Below, one piece after another: positions 31,901-37,473 of a DNA stretch of 60,408 bases. The stretch is taken from the NCBI GenBank assembly GCA_017628755.1, contig JAGBYM010000159.1, positions 1 through 60,408 of the forward strand, given 5' to 3'. Below the pieces are notes generated by a model that was not told the origin of the DNA, made no database searches, and was given only the letters and a program-made list of their open reading frames with translations. The stretch's first letter is position 1. Every line of letters starts with the position of its first letter. Made by a program: the position numbers and the translations under genes. This stretch comes from Clostridia bacterium (lineage in GTDB: Bacteria > Bacillota > Clostridia > Oscillospirales > CAG-272).

Positions 31901-34900
31901 AACGGTAAATCCTGTGAGGCGGTAAGAGAGTGTAAAAACGATGCCCGCCACAGAGCAAACGAAAAGGTATCTGCAAGCGGCTCCATTGAAACTCCTGCAA
32001 CCTGTACCGAGAAGGGTTGGACCACCTACACTGCAAACTTTACCGCAGTTTGGGCAACATCTCAGACCCTTGATATGCAGGATATCCCCGCAATTGCTCA
32101 CAAGAACAAGGTACATCACGCAAAGGTCGATGCAACCTGTATCTCGGAAGGAACCATCGAATACTGGTCCTGCCCTGACTGTAACATGAACTACAGCGAT
32201 GTTGATTGTACAGCAAAGGTAACGGATCTTGTAATTCCGATCAATTCCGATAACCACGCAACCACCACCAATCACGTACAGACCGATGAAACCTGCGTAA
32301 GCGTGGGTTACACAGCCGGTACCTTCTGTGAAGATTGTGATAAGTGGATTTCGGGACACGAAGAGATACCCGCAATCGGTCATAAGAACAAGGTACATCA
32401 CGCAAAGGTCGATGCAACTTGTATTGCTTCGGGAACCATCGAATACTGGTTCTGCCCCAACTGTAACAAGAACTACAGCGATGAGGCTTGTACCGAAGTT
32501 GCAACCGATCTTGTGATTTCGCTCGATTCCCAAAACCACGTAAATACCATAGATCACGAAAAGACAGATGAAACCTGCGTAAGTATTGGTTACACAGCCG
32601 GCACCTTCTGTGAAGACTGTGAAAAGTGGATTGAGGGACACGAAAGAATCCCCGCAATTGCTCATAAGAACAAGGTACATCACGCAAAGATCGATGCAAA
32701 TTGCTCCGAAGCAGGAGCGATCGAGTACTGGTTCTGCCCCGACTGTAACAAGAATTACAGCGATGAGGCATGTACTGACGAAGTAACCGAAGTTGTAATA
32801 CCGATCAAGCCTGATAACCATGTAAATACCATCAATCACGGACAGACCGATGAAACCTGCGTAAGTGTTGGTTACACCGCCGGTACCTTCTGTGAAGACT
32901 GTGAAAAGTGGATCGCGGGACACAACGAGATCCCCGCAATCGCTCATAAGAACAAGGTACATCACGCAAAGATTGATGCAACCTGTATCTCGGAAGGAAT
33001 CATTGAATACTGGTCTTGCCCCGACTGTAGCAAGAACTACAGCGATGAGGCTTGTACTGTTGTGGCAACCGATCTTAGAGCTTTCGCACCCGATAACCAT
33101 GTAAACACTACCGATCATGTACAGACCGATGCAACCTGCCTTACCGTAGGTTACACCGCAGGCGTGTTCTGTGAGGATTGTGATAAGTGGATCTCGGGAC
33201 ACGAGGAGATTCCCGCAATCGCTCATAAGAACAAGGTACATCACGCCAAGGTTGATGCAACCTGTATCTCGGAAGGAACTATCGAATACTGGTTCTGCCC
33301 CGACTGTAACAAGAACTACAGCGATGAGGCTTGCACTGTTGAGGCAACAGAGATCAAGACTTCCGCACCCGATAACCACGTAAACACTACCGCTCACGTA
33401 CAGACCGATGCAACCTGCCTTACCGTAGGTTACACCGCAGGCGTGTTCTGTGAGGATTGTGATAAGTGGATCTCGGGACACGAGGAGATCCCCGCAATTG
33501 CCCATAAGAACAAGGTACATCACGCAAAGGTCGATGCAACCTGTATCTCGGAAGGAACTATTGAATACTGGTCCTGCCCCGACTGTAACAAGAACTACAG
33601 CGATGTTGATTGTACAGTAGAGGTAACAGAGTTTGCGATTCCGATCAATTCCGATAACCACGTAAATACCACAGCTCACGTAGACATCCCCGCGACCTGC
33701 TTAACCGTAGGTTACACATCCGGTACCTACTGTGAAGATTGTGACAAGTGGATTGCAGGATATGAAGAGATTCCCGCAATTGCCCACAAGAACAAGGTTT
33801 ATAACGCAAAGGTCGATGCAACCTGTGTTGCGAAAGGTACTATTGAACATTGGTTCTGCCCCGACTGTAACAAGAACTACATTGATGAAGCTTGCACAGA
33901 AGTAGCAGCAAATATCAATATTGATATCGAGCCCGGAAATCATAAGCCCGAAACTGTTGAAGCTGTGGCTCCCACATGTACCGAATCCGGACTTACGGAA
34001 GGAAGCCGTTGCGGATTGTGCGGCAAGATCTTTGTAGCTCAGGAAATCGTTGATGCTCTCGGACACACCGATGGTGAGGCGGTTTACGAAAACGTTATCG
34101 AAGCTACCTGTATCGGTTACGGATCTTATGATACGGTTGTTTACTGTACTGTATGTAACACCGAACGGAGCCGTAAATACATCGAAGTTGAGCCCACTGA
34201 GATTCATGATTACATAGTCGAATACCGCTGGAGCGGTACCAGATACTGCGCTGCTATCATCACTTGTGAAACCTGTGATCTTGACAAAACAGTTCAGGGT
34301 ACGATCACTCCTCCCGTGTACTACGAAGGCGATTGCCAGAATTACGGTAAGACAGTCTATACCGTAACCTTCAGCGCCGCTCAGATGGAAATGTATGACT
34401 GCCTTGAAACTCAGGAAAAGGAAATTACCGGAGCAAAGGGCGATCACATCTATTCATACATCGCAGATGCTGACGTGCATTGGAGTAAATGTACCGTATG
34501 CGGTGAAGAGTCCTCCAAGACTGCTCACGATTTCAGCGCGGGCGATTGTATATGCGGTGAAGGCAAGCCGATTACCGAGATCCCCCTTGGTATCAAGGAA
34601 TATGATGCCGAAACCGACAGCGGATATACCGTAAGAGAAAACGTTGTTACCGTTAAGTACAGCGAAGCTTGCGCGGTAGGTTATCTTGTTGACGGAGAGT
34701 ACGTTGCCATCGAGGCTGTAAAGAACGATGACGGAAGCTATAGCTTCACAGCTCCCGAGGGAGTGAATGAGGTTCTGGTCGTTGTTATCGGTGATATTGA
34801 CGGCGACGGCGACGTTGACGAAGCTGACATAGATCTTATGGCAGGTTCTCAGATGCCCGAAGGCGAATCGCTTACGGCAAAACAGCATTTTGCGGCAGAC

Positions 34901-34999
34901 ATCAACCGCAACGGAGTGGTCAACTCCGCTGACAGAGTATGGATCGCTCGCAGCTTGCTTGATAAAACAAATGATTTTTACAAAGCTCTGAGTTGGTAA
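22958..34999 (+). CDS. Giant (4013 aa) secreted modular protein: N-terminal beta-rich region, His/Cys-rich module arrays, three beta-helix-like modules, C-terminal dockerin
   Basis: Single uninterrupted ORF with an AAGGAGG RBS. Signal peptide MNISVEKRFLSLLLAFIMVFSLFPWWTLDVGAAS, with no lipobox Cys. Repeat families are listed as separate features. Ends in a dockerin. Confidence 0.85.
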   Translation: MNISVEKRFLSLLLAFIMVFSLFPWWTLDVGAASYKTETGSIGNIGYSVKVPITSDKKEDLGSFNVNGNTINASAKSEYKYDNGGCFSDPSVTFTATTITITLTNNSGSDAVIGFLFDGGSTVTVSGVSIGTGGNYVSPKLEHGASIEIAMKSPATGTPYVEQKYGVGDTFNLNLNDIYLQIKETVTIEYDAVANGTYTVDGVSVQEKSSKQIDTTQDIVLVATPADGYVFAGWKNLTTGKYFSFESSVTTKFSSNASFEPSFVWGGDVAWAISGSQYATLDDALAAVTPGYTITQIKETVTLTKNYTIPAAVTLFIPCDTEYTVCTDQPNVMDSYIATPTPFRTLVLANNVKLTVQGNICVEGSQAPDQGYNGAPTGPVGFIRMASGSEIILESGANLYAWGYITTDGINGEGTVTAKNGASVYECFQMMDFRGGSCLALGTSISDGGLGGIIGGIFGDNGMINNTKEVFPMSQYYIQNIEVPLTLNAGAVERAYMSTNAGGLSGSEIAGAIIPIISGSSESMFQLTSGTISKDFNESTGRIEFEIHNGALTVNSINMSMKLMGVQQTLNSANFILPIPGHMSVTASGNSTVIINQDIALFPGSEFVIEEGVHCTLPSGYKIIVYDADDWGGYCSSVNVPFCPLVYAPGRASVSMGNYDDDPNKRPVSLSGVPVDGLALTPDVEKDYGELGIHLISKAVMNDATVRINGTIDASGGAVYTTSGGANIYTTGSGVVITKPGTETTTYQATQAASTPSYLPITITPAVMRDGNGDAFETAGVEGTSTYNYCTESGHNKWYNINSTDSTTVTPPTCVDVGYTTVACKCGSSYKTAEVPATGIHTPGDAVVENTVAETCGKDGSYDSVVYCTVCSQELSRNKITVPATGKHTEVIDAVVPATCTATGLTEGKHCSVCNAVLVAQNVTAALGHTFETVGAKAPTCSATGNIEHKKCTACSKFFAADAANDSTAGNDTAEAFNLPIVPTAHKWESEFTVDKKATCTEVGQKSYHCEYCDTQNTESVTEIAKRAHNYVDTTVNTAPTCQLPGTMNQKCAHEASDEYEACTSTTTRVIDKDPNAHGWETEYTVDQKASCFQTGKMSYHCAYCDVINPESVVTIEVREHNFVDTTVEEPSTCTVDGIMNQKCDHAASDEYLACNATTTRPYKDPNAHKWATTYTVDWKATCDADGQMSYHCVYCGVVNTESAVAIEKRAHVYKDNGVHTAATCSAEGVMYTICTNIETDTHKACTHESTREIPIDPNAHKWETTYTVDKKASCSEAGQKSYHCEYCNTINEASKVVIEQRAHDLKDTTVQLAATCSAAGIMNQECVHEAIDEYEACDYTTTREIAINPSAHEWDNPSYTWLGKECQAERVCKHNNAHKESAYADGESVTSSVKIPATCEVAGTTTYTAVFDGVEWTVPQKMDLQDISALGHKWSVSYAWTQEADKWICTATHTCANSDSCTETKKVEASSGVKTPATCTVDGWTTYTATFEATWAKTQTREEQDIPAIAHKNKVHHAKVDATCVATGVIEYWSCPDCGKNFSDEACTTEVTKLTIEIDSNNHDLKTTDAKAPTCEDIGWDEYVTCQREGCGHTTYVEITALGHDYDETKNESNLTRPVKNGDTWSDGYYTFTCKNDPSHTKTESVKRADYTAYEAAKSELESLLALDLTAEAKAEINNVLAANELDDNLIEAEKISVDTATANLTAAYNAYKNAFNSYTVNFVVNGETVKTETVVSGGKATAPENPAKSYDGTYHYSFSGWDNAFDNVTADVTVTAQFTSIAHTFTSHTDKDDTVHTDKCACGYETDVAHSYNSGVVTTPSTCIEKGVKTFTCSLCSGTRTEEVDFDAANHASKDYEYVDNDNGTHIKKYACCEVVIESSENHIYNAVGECACTNKAEAKLGGTYYYKFVDAVAAAANGQTVTLCRDAVGAGVVIDKSITIDFGGYTYTFNCPVGSSGTETLGFQIFEGNSVTLKNGTLTANDGTNANGKVTKVLVQNYANLTVDNMNLIGNDNIQYCLSNNSGEINITGNTTITATGDNVAFDVYYYEGYEAPVVNVNTTGKITGKIEVSESINDNLNISNGTYTFEIKPEWCADTYEVTYNSADGTYGVKKHYVAAIGDIQYTSLKDAVDAAKPGETITLLGNDTGSGVVIDKAITVDFKGYTYTVNSPVGSAGTETLGFQILADGVTLKNGALAANDGTNEHGKVTKVLIMTYADLNVDGLTLRGNSNILYCLSVNSGTVTVNNSTIIATAGNVAFDACKYSSYEIPNVILTNTNVTGKVELTGGNVTLESGTYNADFDVQLGELTVKGGSYSTNVTEYCVPGDHTAPDGNLYTYGAHDYSSVYTAPTFDADGFTTYTCICGDVYVTTEEGSQKIAVAKIGDVRYESLAEAVAAAQENDTILLVKDTVGSGVVIDKSITIDFGGYTYTFNCPVGSSGTETLGFQILAGNIVTLKNGTLTANGGTNANGKVTKVLVQNYADLTVENMSLEGNENILYCLSINSGSVEIKNSTITATDGNAAFDACKYSTYAMPDVKVENSTIVGKVEITGGDVDLMSGDYTEATFDVQLGEFTVNGGSFAQNVTEYCATGYHTVLKNGIYEYGAHTYSEPQIFRFCEEEGYIQITCPDCGNTYDSRSDKEAEIYLNENTVDLTPLRHDWTVTYSFAVDGSACTATRVCGHDNSHKETATATITSDVTTPATCEVKGKTTYTATFAEDWAEGQTLEVEDVDALDHDWTVTYSFAADGSACTATHVCGRNAEHNVTVDATAITSERTPPTTCEAKGKTTYTATFAEDWAEAQTLEVEDVDALGHDWTVTYDFADDGSACTATRVCGRNAEHNVTVNATAITSNVTTPATCEAKGKTTYTATFAEDWAEGQTLEVEDVDALDHDWTVTYDFAADGSACTATRVCGHDANHTDTATAIISSVVETPATCTEDGTTLYTATFEEAWAETQTKLVTDILKLNHDYVISYVWSENGKSCEAVRECKNDARHRANEKVSASGSIETPATCTEKGWTTYTANFTAVWATSQTLDMQDIPAIAHKNKVHHAKVDATCISEGTIEYWSCPDCNMNYSDVDCTAKVTDLVIPINSDNHATTTNHVQTDETCVSVGYTAGTFCEDCDKWISGHEEIPAIGHKNKVHHAKVDATCIASGTIEYWFCPNCNKNYSDEACTEVATDLVISLDSQNHVNTIDHEKTDETCVSIGYTAGTFCEDCEKWIEGHERIPAIAHKNKVHHAKIDANCSEAGAIEYWFCPDCNKNYSDEACTDEVTEVVIPIKPDNHVNTINHGQTDETCVSVGYTAGTFCEDCEKWIAGHNEIPAIAHKNKVHHAKIDATCISEGIIEYWSCPDCSKNYSDEACTVVATDLRAFAPDNHVNTTDHVQTDATCLTVGYTAGVFCEDCDKWISGHEEIPAIAHKNKVHHAKVDATCISEGTIEYWFCPDCNKNYSDEACTVEATEIKTSAPDNHVNTTAHVQTDATCLTVGYTAGVFCEDCDKWISGHEEIPAIAHKNKVHHAKVDATCISEGTIEYWSCPDCNKNYSDVDCTVEVTEFAIPINSDNHVNTTAHVDIPATCLTVGYTSGTYCEDCDKWIAGYEEIPAIAHKNKVYNAKVDATCVAKGTIEHWFCPDCNKNYIDEACTEVAANINIDIEPGNHKPETVEAVAPTCTESGLTEGSRCGLCGKIFVAQEIVDALGHTDGEAVYENVIEATCIGYGSYDTVVYCTVCNTERSRKYIEVEPTEIHDYIVEYRWSGTRYCAAIITCETCDLDKTVQGTITPPVYYEGDCQNYGKTVYTVTFSAAQMEMYDCLETQEKEITGAKGDHIYSYIADADVHWSKCTVCGEESSKTAHDFSAGDCICGEGKPITEIPLGIKEYDAETDSGYTVRENVVTVKYSEACAVGYLVDGEYVAIEAVKNDDGSYSFTAPEGVNEVLVVVIGDIDGDGDVDEADIDLMAGSQMPEGESLTAKQHFAADINRNGVVNSADRVWIARSLLDKTNDFYKALSW
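25910..27010 (+). repeat. Four tandem ~92-aa Cys-rich modules (273-276 nt period)
   Basis: Units start with AH(K/G)W at 25910, 26186, 26459 and 26735. Consensus: AHKWET.YTVDKKA(T/S)C...G..SYHC.YC....ES...I..R.H...D......TC...G.M...C.......AC. Confidence 0.85.
27011..27477 (+). repeat. Two diverged ~78-aa modules of the HxW...TPATC..G.TTYTA.F type
   Basis: HEWDNPSYTW..CQAERVCKHN..IPATCEVAGTTTYTAVF and HKWSVSYAW..CTATHTCANS..TPATCTVDGWTTYTATF. These are the same family as the 30938-32083 array. Confidence 0.7.
28661..30783 (+). repeat. Three ~217-264-aa beta-helix-like modules
   Basis: Modules start near 28661, 29312 and 30104 with (K/A)(L/I)G...Y..L..AV.AA..G.TI.L, then GSGVVIDK.IT.DF.GYTYT...PVGS.GTETLGFQI....VTLKNG.L.ANDGTN..GKVTKVL. 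Modules 1 and 3 share a ~77-nt stretch with one mismatch (about 28884-28960 vs 30329-30405). Confidence 0.8.
30938..32083 (+). repeat. Five tandem 77-78-aa modules (231-234 nt period)
   Basis: HD(W/Y) unit starts at 30938, 31169, 31403, 31637 and 31868. Consensus: HDWTVTY.FA.DGSACTATRVCG.....H..T..A.ITS..T.PATCEAKGKTTYTATFAEDWAE.QTLEVEDVDAL. Confidence 0.9.
32084..34066 (+). repeat. Seven tandem 93-94-aa His/Cys-rich modules (279-282 nt period)
   Basis: IPAI(A/G)HKNKV unit starts at 32084, 32366, 32648, 32930, 33209, 33488 and 33770. An isolated eighth copy lies at ~27478. An 89-nt stretch is perfectly identical between 33122-33210 and 33401-33489. Confidence 0.9.
34790..34960 (+). other. 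Dockerin module
   Basis: GDIDGDGDVDEADIDLMAGSQ ... ADINRNGVVNSADRVWIARSLL. Confidence 0.8.
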
Positions 35000-35042
35000 A
35001 AATTCATTATAACACACATATAAATTGAGGAGGAATCCTGAA

Positions 35043-36740
35043 ATGAAAAATGGATTACTTAAATCGTTTTCGTTGATATTGGCTTTGTGCATGATGCTTA
35101 CAAGCATGAGCATCGTTGTCATTGCGTCCGATGTCAGCAAACTTGACATTAGCGGCGGAAGCGTTGAATTGGATGTTACCAATGCAGGCACTGTAACTAT
35201 CAGTGTTGTTGCTAAAGAAGAACTTACCTTCTACGGTATTGAAGGAAGTTTTGATATCAATGAGGGTGAAAATAAATATTTCACCCTGAAGGATATCACT
35301 TCCGACTGTATTGTGTTCGAAAATACCGAGAACAATTTTGCAGACGTCGAGACCGGTGAAGTTGTTTGGGTCGATGAGTCCTTCACAGCGTCCGCAACCG
35401 CTGCGGGAACCAATATCCTTACCGCTACTTATGAGGTGGCTGCAAACACCCCTGACGGTAAGTACACCTTAAGCTTTACTTCTTCGGTTTTCACCGGTGC
35501 AACCGGTGATCCCGATGAGACTGATACCGTATTCGAGGCAACGATCACTGTTACTCACAAGTGTAAGGCAGAGGAACAGGCTGCTAAGAAGGCAGAGTGC
35601 GAAATTGACGGTTGGAAGGCTTATTATCAGTGTCCTCATTGCGGCAAGTGCTATATCGATGCAGCCGCTACCGATCTGATTGCAGATATCGACGCTTGGA
35701 AGCTTGCTGACGGTAAGATTCCCGCAATCTCTCACAAGGATGAGAACAAGGACCATGTTTGTGAAAACGAATGCGGCAAGCCTGTAGGTGAGTGTGTTGA
35801 CACAGATAAGGATCACAAGTGTGACTACGGCTGCGGCAAGGACTACGGAACCCACGAGGATACCGATAAGAACCATGTTTGTGATCACGGTTGTTCCGTA
35901 GCGATCGGTGAATGCGCAGACACAAACAATGACCATGCTTGTGACTACGGATGTGACAAGGTGCACGGAGTTCATGAGGACATCGGCAAGGATCACCTTT
36001 GCGATTACGGTTGCGCCAAGCTTATCGGAAAATGCGAAGATACCGACTTTGACCATAAGTGTGACTACGGATGCACCCAGCTTTACGGCTTGCATAAAGA
36101 CGGCAACAATGACCACGTCTGTGATTACGGATGTAAGGAAGCAATCGGCGCATGTGAGGACAAGGATCCCCTTGACCACAAGTGCGACTACGGCTGCGGC
36201 AAGGCTATAACCGCTTGCAAGGATTGCCTTAAGAAGACCGAGGCTGTTCCCGCATACTGCGAGACTCCCGGTAACACCGAGTACTATACTTGTACCGTTT
36301 GCGGAAAGTTCTATTCCGATGCTCTGGCTGCAACCGAGATCGAGAAGGACTCCTGGATCATCAAGGCTACCGATCATAAGTGGTCAACAACTGCTTCGTA
36401 TACCAATAACGGTAACGGAACTCATACAGCTACTTATACCTGTGACAACAATGCAGAGCACACCTACTCGGATGCTCCCGCAGCTCACGTATACGTTGAA
36501 GGCTTCTGCGTATGCGGTGCGGATGAGTCGCTTGCGGGCTATATGAAGGGTGACGTTAACCTCGACGGTGAAATAGATTCAGAGGACCTTACTATTCTTG
36601 CGCGTCATATTGCAAAGATTGAGCATATTACCGATCTCGTTGCACTTGACAATGCAGATATTACCTCTGATGGAGATATTTCTTCTGATGACCTTACCAA
36701 GCTTGCACGTCACGTTGCAAAGATCGAATCCATTTCTTAA
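35043..36740 (+). CDS. Secreted 565-aa protein: cohesin-like N-domain, 8 x DHxCDYGC repeats, Cys-rich modules, dockerin
   Basis: ATG at 35043 preceded by GGAGG. Signal peptide MKNGLLKSFSLILALCMMLTSMSIVVIAS. No terminator separates it from the 4013-aa gene, so it is probably co-transcribed. Confidence 0.8.
   Translation: MKNGLLKSFSLILALCMMLTSMSIVVIASDVSKLDISGGSVELDVTNAGTVTISVVAKEELTFYGIEGSFDINEGENKYFTLKDITSDCIVFENTENNFADVETGEVVWVDESFTASATAAGTNILTATYEVAANTPDGKYTLSFTSSVFTGATGDPDETDTVFEATITVTHKCKAEEQAAKKAECEIDGWKAYYQCPHCGKCYIDAAATDLIADIDAWKLADGKIPAISHKDENKDHVCENECGKPVGECVDTDKDHKCDYGCGKDYGTHEDTDKNHVCDHGCSVAIGECADTNNDHACDYGCDKVHGVHEDIGKDHLCDYGCAKLIGKCEDTDFDHKCDYGCTQLYGLHKDGNNDHVCDYGCKEAIGACEDKDPLDHKCDYGCGKAITACKDCLKKTEAVPAYCETPGNTEYYTCTVCGKFYSDALAATEIEKDSWIIKATDHKWSTTASYTNNGNGTHTATYTCDNNAEHTYSDAPAAHVYVEGFCVCGADESLAGYMKGDVNLDGEIDSEDLTILARHIAKIEHITDLVALDNADITSDGDISSDDLTKLARHVAKIESIS
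35130..35557 (+). other. Cohesin-like beta-sandwich domain (tentative)
   Basis: About 142 aa: LDISGGSVELDVTNAGTVTISVVAKEELTFYGIEGSFDINEG..FTLKDI...TNILTATYEVAANTPDGKYTLSFT. This is pattern resemblance to cohesins only. No HMM was run. Confidence 0.35.
35751..36227 (+). repeat. Eight tandem 20-aa acidic His/Cys repeats (60-nt period), alternating G.C.D and G.H.D endings
   Basis: DHVCENECGKPVGECVDT / DKDHKCDYGCGKDYGTHEDT / DKNHVCDHGCSVAIGECADT / NNDHACDYGCDKVHGVHEDI / GKDHLCDYGCAKLIGKCEDT / DFDHKCDYGCTQLYGLHKDG / NNDHVCDYGCKEAIGACEDK / DHKCDYGCGKAITACKDC. Confidence 0.9.
36549..36728 (+). other. Dockerin module (sequence type distinct from the other two)
   Basis: GDVNLDGEIDSEDLTILARHIAKIE ... 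ADITSDGDISSDDLTKLARHVAKIE. Confidence 0.8.
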
Positions 36741-36777
36741 CTGACAGCGTTCGATCAAAAATAATCTTTTTGTGAAG

Positions 36778-36813
36778 AAGCGCTCCATACCCGGAGGGTA
36801 TGGAGCGCTTTTC
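36778..36813 (+). terminator. Rho-independent terminator ending the dockerin-protein block
   Basis: GCGCTCCATACCC-gga-GGGTATGGAGCGC followed by TTTT. Confidence 0.75.
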
Positions 36814-36885
36814 TGACCGCATTTGAAACATGATAAGGATTTTGTCGTATTTCAAATACGGTTAGAAAATATTAAGGGGTATATA

Positions 36886-37473
36886 ATGAAAAAGCTGCTT
36901 CGAGCCATATATAATTTTCCTCGTAAAATAAAAAAATATTTAAACTATAAGGCGTTTAAAAAATATGCCCGCTTCGGTGAAGGTCTTGAAGTGGATTCAA
37001 ATTCCGATTGCGTTGCCGACGTTCCGGGTTCTGTAAGAATCGGAGAAAAATGCAGGGTGTTTGCTCATTTGTATACTCAGAATGAAGGCAAGATCACGAT
37101 CGGGGACCACACCTGCATCTACGGTCATACCGTTATCGGAAGCGTTTCCGAGATCAGCATCGGAAGCTGTGTTATTATCTCAAATCACGTTCATATTTAT
37201 GATAATAACAACCACCCAACTTCGCCCGAGGTTCGCAAGCAAATGTGTCTTGAGGGCTTTGAGGGTGCTGCCTGGCGTTGGGATAAATCTGCCAGTGCGC
37301 CGATCACGATTTGCGATAACGTATGGATCGGTGAGTATTCCGCAATTATGAAGGGCGTTACCGTCGGAGAGGGTTCGATAGTCGCCGCGCATTCCGTGGT
37401 AACAAAGGACGTTCCTCCTTATTCGATAGTTGCCGGAAATCCTGCAAGGGTGGTGAAGAGTCTTGAGTCATAA
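36886..37473 (+). CDS. Hexapeptide-repeat (LbH) O-acetyltransferase
   Basis: 195 aa from the ATG at 36886 (AAGGGG RBS). Left-handed beta-helix repeats IGEKCRVFA..IGDHTCIY..IGSCVIIS..NVWIGEYSAIMKGVTVGEGSIVAAHSVV, with a PPYSIVAGNPARV tail. Confidence 0.85.
   Translation: MKKLLRAIYNFPRKIKKYLNYKAFKKYARFGEGLEVDSNSDCVADVPGSVRIGEKCRVFAHLYTQNEGKITIGDHTCIYGHTVIGSVSEISIGSCVIISNHVHIYDNNNHPTSPEVRKQMCLEGFEGAAWRWDKSASAPITICDNVWIGEYSAIMKGVTVGEGSIVAAHSVVTKDVPPYSIVAGNPARVVKSLES

Noticed and set aside
32084-34066. Regular ~280-bp tandem repeats that might be taken for a CRISPR-like or satellite array.
   Set aside because: The period is a multiple of 3 and the repeats lie inside one intact ORF. They encode conserved protein modules, there is no short-repeat/unique-spacer structure, and there are no cas genes.
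17265-36740. Reading the dockerin block as a cellulosome or polysaccharide-degrading enzyme cluster, or the giant ORF as an RHS/toxin or NRPS.
   Set aside because: I could not recognise a glycoside hydrolase, CBM, RHS/YD repeat, toxin tip or adenylation/condensation motif. The only catalytic-looking domain is the NAGPA-type phosphodiester glycosidase.
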